A stretch of DNA of 64,000 bases from an uncultured Candidatus Saccharibacteria bacterium (GTDB taxonomy: Bacteria > Patescibacteriota > Minisyncoccia > Minisyncoccales > CAZBVF01), in contig CAZKKG010000001.1 of the NCBI GenBank assembly GCA_964553275.1, positions 36,993 to 100,992 on the forward strand, written 5' to 3'. The position numbers and the translations under genes are program-made. Below the pieces are notes generated by a model. The model made no database searches. It was not told where the DNA came from and saw nothing but the letters and a program-made list of their open reading frames with translations. Below, in pieces: positions 10,158-20,500 of this stretch (positions are counted from its first letter, which is position 1; each line of letters opens with the position of its first letter).

Positions 10158-10667
10158 TTGATTAGAAAACCATTAGCCAACAATCAAATAAGGTCAAGAG
10201 AGGTAAGAGTTGTTGACGAGAACGGAAAGCAATTGGGAGTTTTAAAATTAGAAGATGCGCTCAAAATGTCTTTAGAGCGCGATTTAGATTTAGTTCAGGT
10301 TACAGAAAAAGTTAATCCTCCTGTTTGCAAATTAATGCACTATGGAAAATACTTGTACCAGATAGAAAAAAAAGAAAGGGGAATAAAAAAGAAAAGCGGA
10401 GGGGAAATAAAAGGAATAAGATTAAGTTTCAAAATATCCGACCATGATATGCAGACAAAAGCAAAAAGAACAGTAAAGTTTCTAGAGCAGGAAAATAAGG
10501 TAAGGATAGAATTGCGTTTAAAAGGAAGGGAAAGAGCTTTAGGAGATTTTGCAAAACAAAAAGTAAACAAGTTTCTTGATATCCTAAAGGAATCAACCCC
10601 CTACAGGATTGAGAGAGAATTAAAAAGACAGCCTCGGGGACTGACGGTAATAATATCAAAATCATGA
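10158..10667 (+). CDS. infC: translation initiation factor IF-3
   Basis: 169 aa. IRSREVRVVDENGKQLGVL ... conserved IF3 N and C domains. Non-AUG start: TTG at 10158 immediately followed by ATT at 10161. Begins 1 nt after the tmRNA 3' end. Confidence 0.9.
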   Translation: MIRKPLANNQIRSREVRVVDENGKQLGVLKLEDALKMSLERDLDLVQVTEKVNPPVCKLMHYGKYLYQIEKKERGIKKKSGGEIKGIRLSFKISDHDMQTKAKRTVKFLEQENKVRIELRLKGRERALGDFAKQKVNKFLDILKESTPYRIERELKRQPRGLTVIISKS

Positions 10668-10849
10668 AAACCAGAAAATCAATTACAAAACGTTTTAAAA
10701 TAACTAAAAAAGGGAAAGTCTTGAGAAGAGGCATCGGACAGGACCACGCCAGAGGAAAAAAGTCCGGAAAGAGAATTCGCCAAATAAGAAAGTGGAAAGA
10801 AATGCCTAAAGCTTCAGCAAAAAAAATTAAAAAAATTCTCAACTATTAA
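10664..10849 (+). CDS. rpmI: 50S ribosomal protein L35
   Basis: 61 aa. MKTRKSITKRFKITKKGKVLRR. The 4-nt overlap with infC fits the classic infC-rpmI-rplT operon. Confidence 0.9.
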   Translation: MKTRKSITKRFKITKKGKVLRRGIGQDHARGKKSGKRIRQIRKWKEMPKASAKKIKKILNY

Positions 10850-10884
10850 ATTACTTATCTACTTGAGTACTTATTCACTTAATT

Positions 10885-11259
10885 ATGACAAGAGTAAAGA
10901 GAGGAACAACTGCACATAAACGCCGAAAGCATCTGCTAAAGCATGCCAAGGGTTTTATGTGGGGAAGAAAATCAAAATACAGACAGGCAAAAGAAGCTTT
11001 GTACCACGCATGGACATATGCTTACCGCGACAGAAAAGTTAAAAAAAGAGAGTTCCGAAAGTTGTGGCAGATTCAAATTGGTGCTGCCTGCCGAAATCTT
11101 GGATTATCTTATAATAAATTCATTCATCTGTTGAAGGAAAAAAAGATTGAACTAGATAGAAAGATTTTAGCCCAATTAGCAAAAGAGGAACCAGAGAAGT
11201 TTGAGAAGATTGTAGGAGAGGTAAAACCAATAAAGATTGTAAAAAAGAAAGAAAAATAA
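10885..11259 (+). CDS. rplT: 50S ribosomal protein L20
   Basis: 124 aa. MTRVKRGTTAHKRRKHLLKHAKGF...YRDRKVKKREFRKLWI. Confidence 0.95.
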   Translation: MTRVKRGTTAHKRRKHLLKHAKGFMWGRKSKYRQAKEALYHAWTYAYRDRKVKKREFRKLWQIQIGAACRNLGLSYNKFIHLLKEKKIELDRKILAQLAKEEPEKFEKIVGEVKPIKIVKKKEK

Positions 11260-11305
11260 AGACTGAAATTTAATTTAAGAAAGATATCTTTTTAGGATAT
11301 CTTTT

Positions 11306-12355
11306 TTAGTTATCAGAGATTAATTCTGGTTGAGAATACTCGTTAATTTTTAATTTTTCAGAAAAGATTTCTTGTATTTTTTTATTCTTCACCTTGACCT
11401 TCAAAATAACACTTTCCATGGTTTCTTCAGAAAAGGATTGGTCGAAAACAAAATTACCTAAACTGTAAGCAATCCATCCATCATTATATTTCTCAACTTT
11501 CTGGACAACATGAGGATGGTGGCCAATTACCAAATCCGCTCCATTATTAATACAGCTTTCGGCAAAGAAGATTTGAAAAAGTGTAGGATCTTGCGAATAT
11601 TCCTTACCCGAATGTAAGGAAACAACCAAAATATCAACTATCTTCTTGGACTCTTTAACTTTTTCATTTACCTCATTTATGCCCTCTTGACCTATCCAAG
11701 ACATTCCGGCATATCCATCCCCTGCTCTCCAGTTTTCAGGTCCTAAGTCCGTGTACGCCAGGAAACCAATTTTAGTTTCCGCAATTTCTTTTACTCTAAG
11801 AGAAAATGTTTCTTCTTTATTAAATCCAGCTCCGATATAATCTATACCATTCTTCTCTAAAATATTCATAGTATCTTCTAGGGCTATTCTCTGATAATCA
11901 AGCATATGATTGTTAGCCAAAGATAAAATGTCAAAGCCTGCATAAAGCAAACCATCTACCGTTTCCGGTCCAAATCGAAAAGAATACATACTCCCTACTT
12001 TGATACCTTTGTCCGAAATCGGACCTTCTAAATTACCAAACAAGATATCCGATTTCTTAAGTTCGTCGACAATCTTTAAAAAAGGAAACCTGAAATCTCC
12101 ATTTCCATATTTATCTACATTAATTTCAACTCCTCGGTCTAACATGATGTCGCCTACGAAAAAAAGATTAATTTCAGAATTATTAGAACTCTCTCCCACC
12201 TCTTGCTCGTCAGAATTAATCAAAGTTGTTTGCTTATCGTCTTCTTTTTCTTTTAAATCGAACCCTTTCTCAAAATAAAAAAAGTCTAAAGCAAAATATA
12301 CTAAGCCAAGAATTAAACAACTGAAAAGAATTGTTTTTATGTTTTTAATTTTCAT
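11306..12355 (-). CDS. CapA/PGA_cap family metallophosphatase-like membrane-anchored protein
   Basis: 349 aa. N-terminal TM helix, then motifs FVGDIMLDRG ... GNLEGP ... GADLVIGHHPHVVQ ... SLGNFVFDQ typical of the CapA (poly-gamma-glutamate biosynthesis) family. Confidence 0.75.
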   Translation of the reverse strand: MKIKNIKTILFSCLILGLVYFALDFFYFEKGFDLKEKEDDKQTTLINSDEQEVGESSNNSEINLFFVGDIMLDRGVEINVDKYGNGDFRFPFLKIVDELKKSDILFGNLEGPISDKGIKVGSMYSFRFGPETVDGLLYAGFDILSLANNHMLDYQRIALEDTMNILEKNGIDYIGAGFNKEETFSLRVKEIAETKIGFLAYTDLGPENWRAGDGYAGMSWIGQEGINEVNEKVKESKKIVDILVVSLHSGKEYSQDPTLFQIFFAESCINNGADLVIGHHPHVVQKVEKYNDGWIAYSLGNFVFDQSFSEETMESVILKVKVKNKKIQEIFSEKLKINEYSQPELISDN

Positions 12356-12472
12356 TTTGTATTAAATTATTTCATTATATAACCTTTCCAATTTCTTGTT
12401 CAAAAAAATGACCTACATTATTATAGTAAGTCATTTTCTTTTTAAAGTCTTTTAACAGATTTATCCTGTCTA

Positions 12473-13480
12473 TTATTTCTCTATGTCCAAAATAATTCTT
12501 ACAGGATTGGTCAAGGCATGAAGATAAAATTTAGCATCTTTATTTAAGGCGATAGTATATCCTATGGCTTGATCGTCATAAACTTTGTTACGAACATAAG
12601 AAGCCACGACTTCGTGATCAACCATAATCGGTTTTTCAACCTGATTATCAGTAAGGTCTCTTCGAATACCGTTTATTACCAAACCAATTGTCTTGGCACT
12701 ATGAGCATAAAAAGCTTCAGTAAAAGGTATAACTATATAATTTTCTTCTGAGCCATATTGATCTGTTATATCAAAAACAAACCTATAATAATCCTCATGG
12801 TCAGCACGTCTAATAAGGTTCAATCCCTGTCCATCGGTTGGTTCACCAACTTGTTGTTTATCAAAGGAATAATTCTCTGGCGAGTAAGTATCAGATTCAC
12901 TTACTACTTCAATAAATTTAAAAGTTTTTGCAATTTTCTCCATATGATTTTTATCGACAATCAAAACAAATGTGTAATATTCTGTTCCCGAAATATTAAT
13001 TGATTGAGGAAATGCGGTTATTAACGCCATTGCACCCTCTTCCGATTCTGGTTGATCTTCCGACGGTATAACTAAACAAGCATCTTGGCCTTGAATTTGT
13101 GAACTCTCAATTTTTGGTTGAGAACCGTAGGGATTAAGCTTATGATAAGCTAAATCTTTACAAACTTCATTTATATCTTTCTCGGTTGCCGACATAAATG
13201 AAAAGAATCCCGTCTCACCTCCATATCTATAATATCCTTTATCTTCATCCCCATATCCTTCAATTGGTTGCCAATTTTCTGGATATTTAATTTCAAACCC
13301 GTGCTCTTCATTTCTGTATGTCTCCCAATCAGCAGTTTCGTCTTGAGATTCTCCTGGCTCTCCAGTAGAGGGTTTTTCTCCTGGGGCATAATAATAATTG
13401 TAAACCACAACCCCTCCGGCTATTACCAATAGAGCTATTAGGACACTTAATATCATTGAGATTCCTTTTTGTTGATTCAT
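12473..13480 (-). CDS. hypothetical secreted protein (paralog A)
   Basis: 335 aa. N-terminal signal/anchor MNQQKGISMILSVLIALLVIAGGVV, then STGEPGE..DETADWETYRNEEHGFEIKYPENW, nearly identical to the neighbouring paralog. Confidence 0.55.
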   Translation of the reverse strand: MNQQKGISMILSVLIALLVIAGGVVVYNYYYAPGEKPSTGEPGESQDETADWETYRNEEHGFEIKYPENWQPIEGYGDEDKGYYRYGGETGFFSFMSATEKDINEVCKDLAYHKLNPYGSQPKIESSQIQGQDACLVIPSEDQPESEEGAMALITAFPQSINISGTEYYTFVLIVDKNHMEKIAKTFKFIEVVSESDTYSPENYSFDKQQVGEPTDGQGLNLIRRADHEDYYRFVFDITDQYGSEENYIVIPFTEAFYAHSAKTIGLVINGIRRDLTDNQVEKPIMVDHEVVASYVRNKVYDDQAIGYTIALNKDAKFYLHALTNPVRIILDIEK

Positions 13481-13523
13481 AAAATTATAAATATTATCTA
13501 ATTTTTAGATTAACCTTTATTTA

Positions 13524-14438
13524 TTATTTTATATTTACCGAAGATACCTCTGAATACTCACTTTCATTACCATCTCTATCAGCTGAAGTAATCTTATAGT
13601 AAAGAGTGCCTGTGTCTTCTGGTATATTATAGTCAACAGCAGTATGAGCAGATTGAGGGAATAATTCAATTATCTTCTCCCAAGGACCTCTCTCACTTTC
13701 AGCTCTGTAAACATTAAAATAATCAGCTATCTCATAGTTCCAATTTATCTGAACATAAGGTGTGGCACTATCCCCTAAATATGATAGTACTGGAATATTA
13801 GGAACAAGTAGTTTTACGTCAATTAATTTAAAACTATAGACCATTTGCTCAAAAACTGATGAAAAATCGTCACTGTTTACTGTCTCAGCATAGCTAATTA
13901 CAAAAAACTTATCGCCGTATTTATCATTACTCGAAATAATAACTTCCGGCCAACCAGTTCCAAAACCTACTAATCTTATAATTTTTACAGCATTTAATCC
14001 ATTAATATTTATTTCTTGGAAAGAAAATGTATTTTCGTCTCCATATTTAGGGCCAGTAATAATATCATTTAAGTTAAGCTTCGGTGCAGTATTATCCCAA
14101 ACCTTAAAACTAATTCTTACTCCCTCTTCATCCACACAACCCTCACAAGGACCACCAGTACTTATGTATAATTCACCATCAATATTTTGAAGCTCTATGA
14201 CATCGTTTTCATAATAATGTTTTTCATACCAATCTTCTGGATATTTCACTTCAAATCCATACTCCTCATTTCTGTATGTCTTCCAATCAGCAGTTTCGTC
14301 TTGAGGTTCTCCTGGCTCTCCAGTAGAGGGTTTTTCTTCTAAGGTAGAATAGTAATTGTAAGCTACGACTCCCCCAGCTACTATCAAGAGAGCTAACAAG
14401 ATGCTTAATATTGTTGAGATTCCTTTTTGTTTGTTCAT
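13524..14438 (-). CDS. hypothetical secreted protein (paralog B) with C-terminal FN3-like domain
   Basis: 304 aa. Same N-terminal ~65 aa as paralog A. C-terminus YRAESERGPW...YYKITSADRDGNESEYSEV looks fibronectin-III-like. Confidence 0.55.
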   Translation of the reverse strand: MNKQKGISTILSILLALLIVAGGVVAYNYYSTLEEKPSTGEPGEPQDETADWKTYRNEEYGFEVKYPEDWYEKHYYENDVIELQNIDGELYISTGGPCEGCVDEEGVRISFKVWDNTAPKLNLNDIITGPKYGDENTFSFQEININGLNAVKIIRLVGFGTGWPEVIISSNDKYGDKFFVISYAETVNSDDFSSVFEQMVYSFKLIDVKLLVPNIPVLSYLGDSATPYVQINWNYEIADYFNVYRAESERGPWEKIIELFPQSAHTAVDYNIPEDTGTLYYKITSADRDGNESEYSEVSSVNIK

Positions 14439-14588
14439 AAGATTGACTTAAAGACTTTTGATTAAAACCTTATTATTTTAATTTTGCATTCGTTAAAAAA
14501 CGAAAAACCTCTTATCTCCTTTTAATTAGAATATGACAACCCAACTTAATACCCGAGCCATCACAAGTCTTTTCTCTAATCCAATATC

Positions 14589-17500
14589 CTATCTACCTCT
14601 TAATAATTCCTTTATTCCTTTTACCAATTCCGAGAAAGTCTGAGAGATATTGGCCAGTCGACCTTTTATATTCCTTAATATTAATGGTTCCTCTTGCTCC
14701 TGCTCAGTAATACTAAACTTACCAGACCAATTTCCAACAAGCCCAGTGGAGTTAATAATTACTATTTTATAATCATCTGCAGGGTCAACTGAACCATTTA
14801 AGGAAGTACCTACTTCCCAAGAATACTTACCTAGAGAAGCAGAAACATTCTCTGCTATTGTCTTTCTATCACCTCCTAAATACGGACCTATTGAAATAGT
14901 AATTAGTCCCTCTCCCTCTGCCTGCCATGTAATATCATGAGTATCTCCGATATACCATCTGTCTCCTCCCTTAGGCGAAGTAATATTAACTGAAGTAACA
15001 AAGTCAACTGTAAAATATCCGTTTAGAATATCTTCAACAGCCGTCCTTGTTTCTGTAGAATCTAATACCTCTTTCAGTTTAATCTTGTATTTTACAGGAA
15101 GAGTTGAAAAGGTTGAAAATATATCAGATTGGCTGGGAACCCAAGAAAGACCAGCCGTTCTTTCAGAAACTGTCATTATCTTTTTCCAATCATCAATTTG
15201 GTTTCCATTATTGTCGTAACCTCCAAGAGAAATATCTATTTCACTTCCCGTCCAGTTGCCTTTTTCCCAATCAATATACAAGTATTCGTTTTTAGTTATT
15301 TGTTCTCCTCCTTTAGGCGAGGTAATGATAATAAAGGGAGATTCTTCTATAGAAGGAGGTTCTTCGATAACTTCAACAATAACGGAATCTTTAGTTGTAT
15401 TATCACTCTCATCGGTAACAACGAATTCAATAGTATAAGTCCCTGCTTCACTATAACTATGAGTAAACGTTACAAATATATGGTTATTCGAATCTATTGT
15501 ATATTCATCTGGATTTGCTATCTCAGATACGTCTTCATAACCCCAAGATACTGTACAAGTTAAAGATTCATTTTCCGGATCATGCATTTCAATTATCCAA
15601 GTTCCTTTCTCATTTGTTTCAAGTTGAGCAGGAGACTGAATGCTATCTATGACAGGAGGAAGATTCCCAGGCGGTTCAGATACGATGCTAAAATAGTTAT
15701 CTGAATCATCGCTATAGAAATGAGAGCCTTCTGTGCATCCAACAACAATTTTATAGCGGGCATCCGGATCAATATCGCTTGATATCTCCCAGGAATAAAA
15801 ACCTTGAGAAGCAGAAATATTCGAAACTATCGTTTTTCTCAAACTTAGACCATAGAGATAAATTGTTACCTTATCTAGTCCATTTGATTCCCAAGTAATA
15901 TCGTATGTTTCTCCGATTACCCATTCCTCTCCTCCGTTGGGCGAGATAACGGTAAGAAGGGTTTCAAAATCAATGGTAAAGTAATCATCTGAAACATCTT
16001 CAATAATATCAGTTTCGCCATTTGTTTCTTTTATCTTAATCTTGTATTCATCAGGGAAGGTTGAAAAACTTGAAATTACAGAATCGTTAATACGGGGCAG
16101 CCAAAATATAAATTCTCGATCAGCAGAAACACCTGCTTGAATCACTTTCCAATCATCAATCTGTTTTCCATTCTCATCGTATCCGGCAAGAAGAATATCT
16201 ACTTCTTTTTCCTCCATTTCTACTTGCTCCCAAACAATTCTGGATGATTTTGTCACACGAAATATTCCTCCGTTAGGAGAAACAACGGTTATAGAAGGAG
16301 CAACAACAAAGTCAACTGTAAAATATCCGTCTGAAATGTCTTCGGCAGCCGTCCTTGTCTCTGTAGAATCTAATACCTCTTTTAATTTGATATTGTATTT
16401 TACAGGAAGAGTTGAAAAAGTTGAGAATATGTTAGATTGGCTGGGAACCCAAGAAAGACCGGCTGTTCCTTCAGAAACTGTAATTATTTTTTTCCAATCA
16501 TCAATTTGGTTTCCATTCTCACTATAACCGCCAAGGGAAATGCCTACCTTATTTCCTAACCAATTATATTTTTCCCAATTAATATATAAATACTCATTTT
16601 CAGTTATTTGCTCACCCCCTTTTGGCGAAGTAATAACAATGGAAGGGTCAAAATCAATAGTAAAGTAATCATCTGAAACATCTTCAATAATATCAGTTTC
16701 GCCATTCGTTTCTTTTATCTTAATCTTGTATTTTACAGGAATAGATGAAAAACAAGAAGGTAGATTTAAAGGAGCATTGGATGGTGTCCAGTAGAAATAT
16801 CCTTGTGCCGTAGAAACTTCTGTCTCAATTAACTTCCAATCATCAGTCTGATTTCCATTACTGTCATAACCGCCAATAAAGACATCAAGCTGTGAATATA
16901 TATTGCCTTCTGAAGTCCACAAAATTTTGTGCTTTTCTTTCCCGCTCCATTTTTCTCCTCCATTAGGAGAGATAACAGTAAGAGAATCTTCTACGGGGTA
17001 TAAAAATTCGCCGTAAAAATTAGTATGTCGGGAATCGTGATAAAATACTGGCCACTCATTGTCCTCAGACTTTCCATCCATATCCCAAACCAATAGACTG
17101 CCAGCTGTAGTATATGTCATTAGTTCATTTTTTCCATCGCCATCTATATCACCCATTGGAGAGCCTGTCCCAAAAACAGTCTGGTTTAGTTTTACAGGAA
17201 AATTCTGTACAACAGACCCGTCCGAGCTATAAGCAAAAAGTTCGGACAATTCTCCTCTGGGAACGTTAATATCACCGTCTACAATGGCTATTGAGATTTC
17301 GTTTTCAATGTCTGTATCCAGGTCACCAAGTAAGGGATGACTTGAAGAATCGCCTCCGTCTCGGTAACTGTAATCGCGAATAGGGAACCCATCTGCTTCT
17401 TGCCATCCTTCATCTCTTTTTTCAAACAAGTGCAGACCTTGGCCATAATTTGTTATCATTGCTATTTCTAATTTTCCATCTTTATCAATATCACCTACAC

Positions 17501-20500
17501 TTAAACCATTAATATGCGAAAGATTTGCGATAGGAATAAAATCTAACACAGAACCATCCCAAGAGTAGATATAAATTCCATCTAATGTCCCTAATACTAT
17601 TTCTGTTTCATCATCATCATTCATGTTACCTAAAACACTCTTAACGTATTTTCCATGCGCCTTGGGCCAACCATCAAGAATATTTCCTTTGTGATCCAAT
17701 AAATAGAGCTCATTAAAAAATATTGATATTAACTCTCCGTATCCGTCATTATTTAAATCGGCCACGGCAATTGACTCTTTTGGAAAGGAGCCACCAGGAT
17801 AGGCAGGAAATCCTTCTAAATAATTTCCGTTTACATCTACGGCATACACATACCCTGACAAGTTGTAAAACATCATTTCAAGCTCCCCGTCTTTATTTAT
17901 ATCTTCTATGCTTACTGGACCTATATAGGGATACTTAGAATCAGAGAGTTTTTTGGGCCATCCATCCCAATAAGTTCCATCGTAATTCAGAATATGCAGA
18001 TATCCAGCATTGTCTCCAACTACTATTTCATTGTGCCCGTCTCCATTTAAATCAGCTACAGCCGGTCCCGACTGCATCATCCCGCCCCAAATATTATAGG
18101 GATTTGTTATTTCTCTTGGCCAACCGCTTACATAAGAACCATCATGAGTAAAAACATGAATATTTTTACCATAAGCAATAATTATATTATCTTGTCCGTT
18201 GTTGTTTATATCTGCTAAAGTTGGCTGTCCGTTGAGAGGTAATACATATCCTTCAAACCCTTCTATAGTATCTATTTCTTTTGGCCATCCTTCATGAATA
18301 GCCGGATCAATGTATATTTTAATATCCTCTACTTGCTCCTGCCTGTCTTCAAAATAGACTGTTAATTTTAAATAGTGATACCCGGGATTAGTAAAAGACG
18401 CAACATTCCATTTTCCTAAAACATTTTGATTCACTGGGTAATTTCCATTGTCCGTGAGAATTATTTCTTTGTCAGTACAATTGACATAATTTTCATCACA
18501 CCATTCAATGGTATAATTTTTAAAACCAAAACCCATTACCTTGCCTTCTATATTTATTTCCTCCCAAGTCGGGAGCACTTCTCGAGCCTGTCGAAGCTGC
18601 CAATTAGTCCAATTGGCCTCTCCTCTGATATCTTTAGGATAGGTTATTTTTATGTTATCCAAATTAACGAACCCAAATTCTTCGCTTTCCTCAGTCCCCA
18701 TTTTCGCAATTAATTTCAATGTATATTCCCCATCTTCCAGATATCTGAGATCCCAATTGCACAAAGTATCATCTGTAACAACAGCTAGACCGCTGCATAT
18801 TTCTATCCAATCTTTAGCTTCTGGATCTTTCCCGTTCACGTAATAAAGATTAAAACTATCACCAGCAACGGTTCCCTTGACGTTAAAATTCTCACCATCA
18901 ATTTCTACCGGGTTATATAAAACAGCTACAGAAGGTTTTTCAGCTTGAACTGCTTTTAAGACGTCTATCATGCCATAACCTTGAGTATATATGTCATAAC
19001 CTAAGTCTAAGGCAGTATTTCTTAAAACCATCTTTATTTCTTCCGGACTCCAGTCGGGATGGGCTTGTTTAATTAAAGCTGCTGCTCCGGCTATATGAGG
19101 GGTGGCCATGGAGGTTCCAGAGATGGAAGTATGCTCGTCGTCAAAACATTTCTTATCATTCCAAGCAGAGTCCCACTGAGAAGAACAGATTTCAACACCC
19201 GGGGCAACAACGTCCGGTTTGACTCCTGCAGCAGTGGGCCCTCTAGAACTAAACTTTGCGATTTTATCATCGCAATATGTATGAACCCCCACTTGATCTG
19301 TCATACAAGAAGCTCCTACGGTCAACGCTTTTCTGGCAGTGCCAGGAGAACCTATGGTTTCATACCCGTTACCGGAATTTCCAGCCGCTACTACTGCTAT
19401 GACTCCAGCCTTAACAGCCTCGTCTACAGCTAATGATGGTGGATCATCCTGATGGCAATATACAGGATTAAAACATCCTAAGCTCAAAGAAATAATATCA
19501 GCATGATCTGAATAATCACCATCCTGATTAGGATCAACTGCTATTTCAATGCCTGCTATGACTTGATCAAATGTTCCTGAACCAGAATCATTCAAGACCT
19601 TATATGCCAATAATTTAGCATCGGGCGCAACTCCTTTTAAATTTCCATTACTGGCAGCAATTCCAGCACAATGAGTCCCGTGACCATGATCATCCATTGG
19701 GTCTGAATCATTGTTGATAAAATCATAACCGCCAATCACCTTACATCCGCTCCCCAAACACCCGCCCAAATCAGGATGGGTATAATCTATACCCGTATCT
19801 ATTACAGCAATAGTTATTCCCTCACCTGTATAGCCCAAATCCCAAACTTCATCAGCCCGAATTAATGAAACAGAATCCGTTAACAGAGCTCTGACTTTAT
19901 AGTTTGGAAAGACTTCTTTAATATAATCTAATTTTTCAATCTCTTCTGCTTCTTCCTGAGAAATATCTAAAGCGATACCGTTGAAAACATGTTTAAATTC
20001 TCTTTCAATTTTCTGATCAAATCCAGAAATCTTTGCCTTGAGTTGAGTCTTATAGGATTGAAATGTCAAATTTAAATCACTTCTATAGGAATCAAATTGA
20101 GCACTTTCTTGAACAGAGGTTATTGCCTTCTTTTCTGCTTGATTATGAAGTTCTTGCCACTCACTTATAAGTGATTTCTCTTTAAATTGTATTATATAGC
20201 CTTGGAACTCAGATTCTTCAAGCCCGGCTTCTTCTGGAATAAGTTCCAGAGACTCTTGAGGAATATCCTCAAAAGTTTCATAAACTCCTGCCTCAGCTTT
20301 CTCCGTTAAATATATTCCTGCGTGCTCCCCAGACAGTATAGTCACTTCTTGTTGGGTTTTCTGTTGAGTTTCAGCAGTTTGCGATTCTTGACTCTCGTTT
20401 GCTTCTGGCAATGGTTCTTTCTTTCCTAATGATGCCTCCTCTCCACAGGAAACACATTGATCCTTGTAAAGCTCATTTAGCTTTTTCAAAGTCATGGAAC

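Noticed and set aside
9935-10183. 82-aa minus-strand ORF
   Set aside because: Falls entirely within the tmRNA (9815-10157). Translation is low-complexity and the RNA gene explains the region.
10429-10842. 137-aa minus-strand ORF overlapping infC and rpmI
   Set aside because: Antisense to two strongly conserved translation genes. Phe/Leu-rich junk typical of the reverse frame of Lys-rich genes.
12473-14438. Type IV (prepilin-like) pilins as identity of the two paralogs
   Set aside because: The K-G-I-S hydrophobic N-terminus lacks the canonical G/FTLIE processing site (no F+1/E+5). Globular domains do not resemble pilin. Reported only as a weak possibility.
15129-15563. 144-aa and other 60-112-aa plus-strand ORFs inside the giant protease gene (e.g. 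17723-17938, 18426-18713, 19095-19433, 20721-20927)
   Set aside because: All antisense to one continuous 6.4-kb ORF with clear S8/FG-GAP homology. None has its own motifs.
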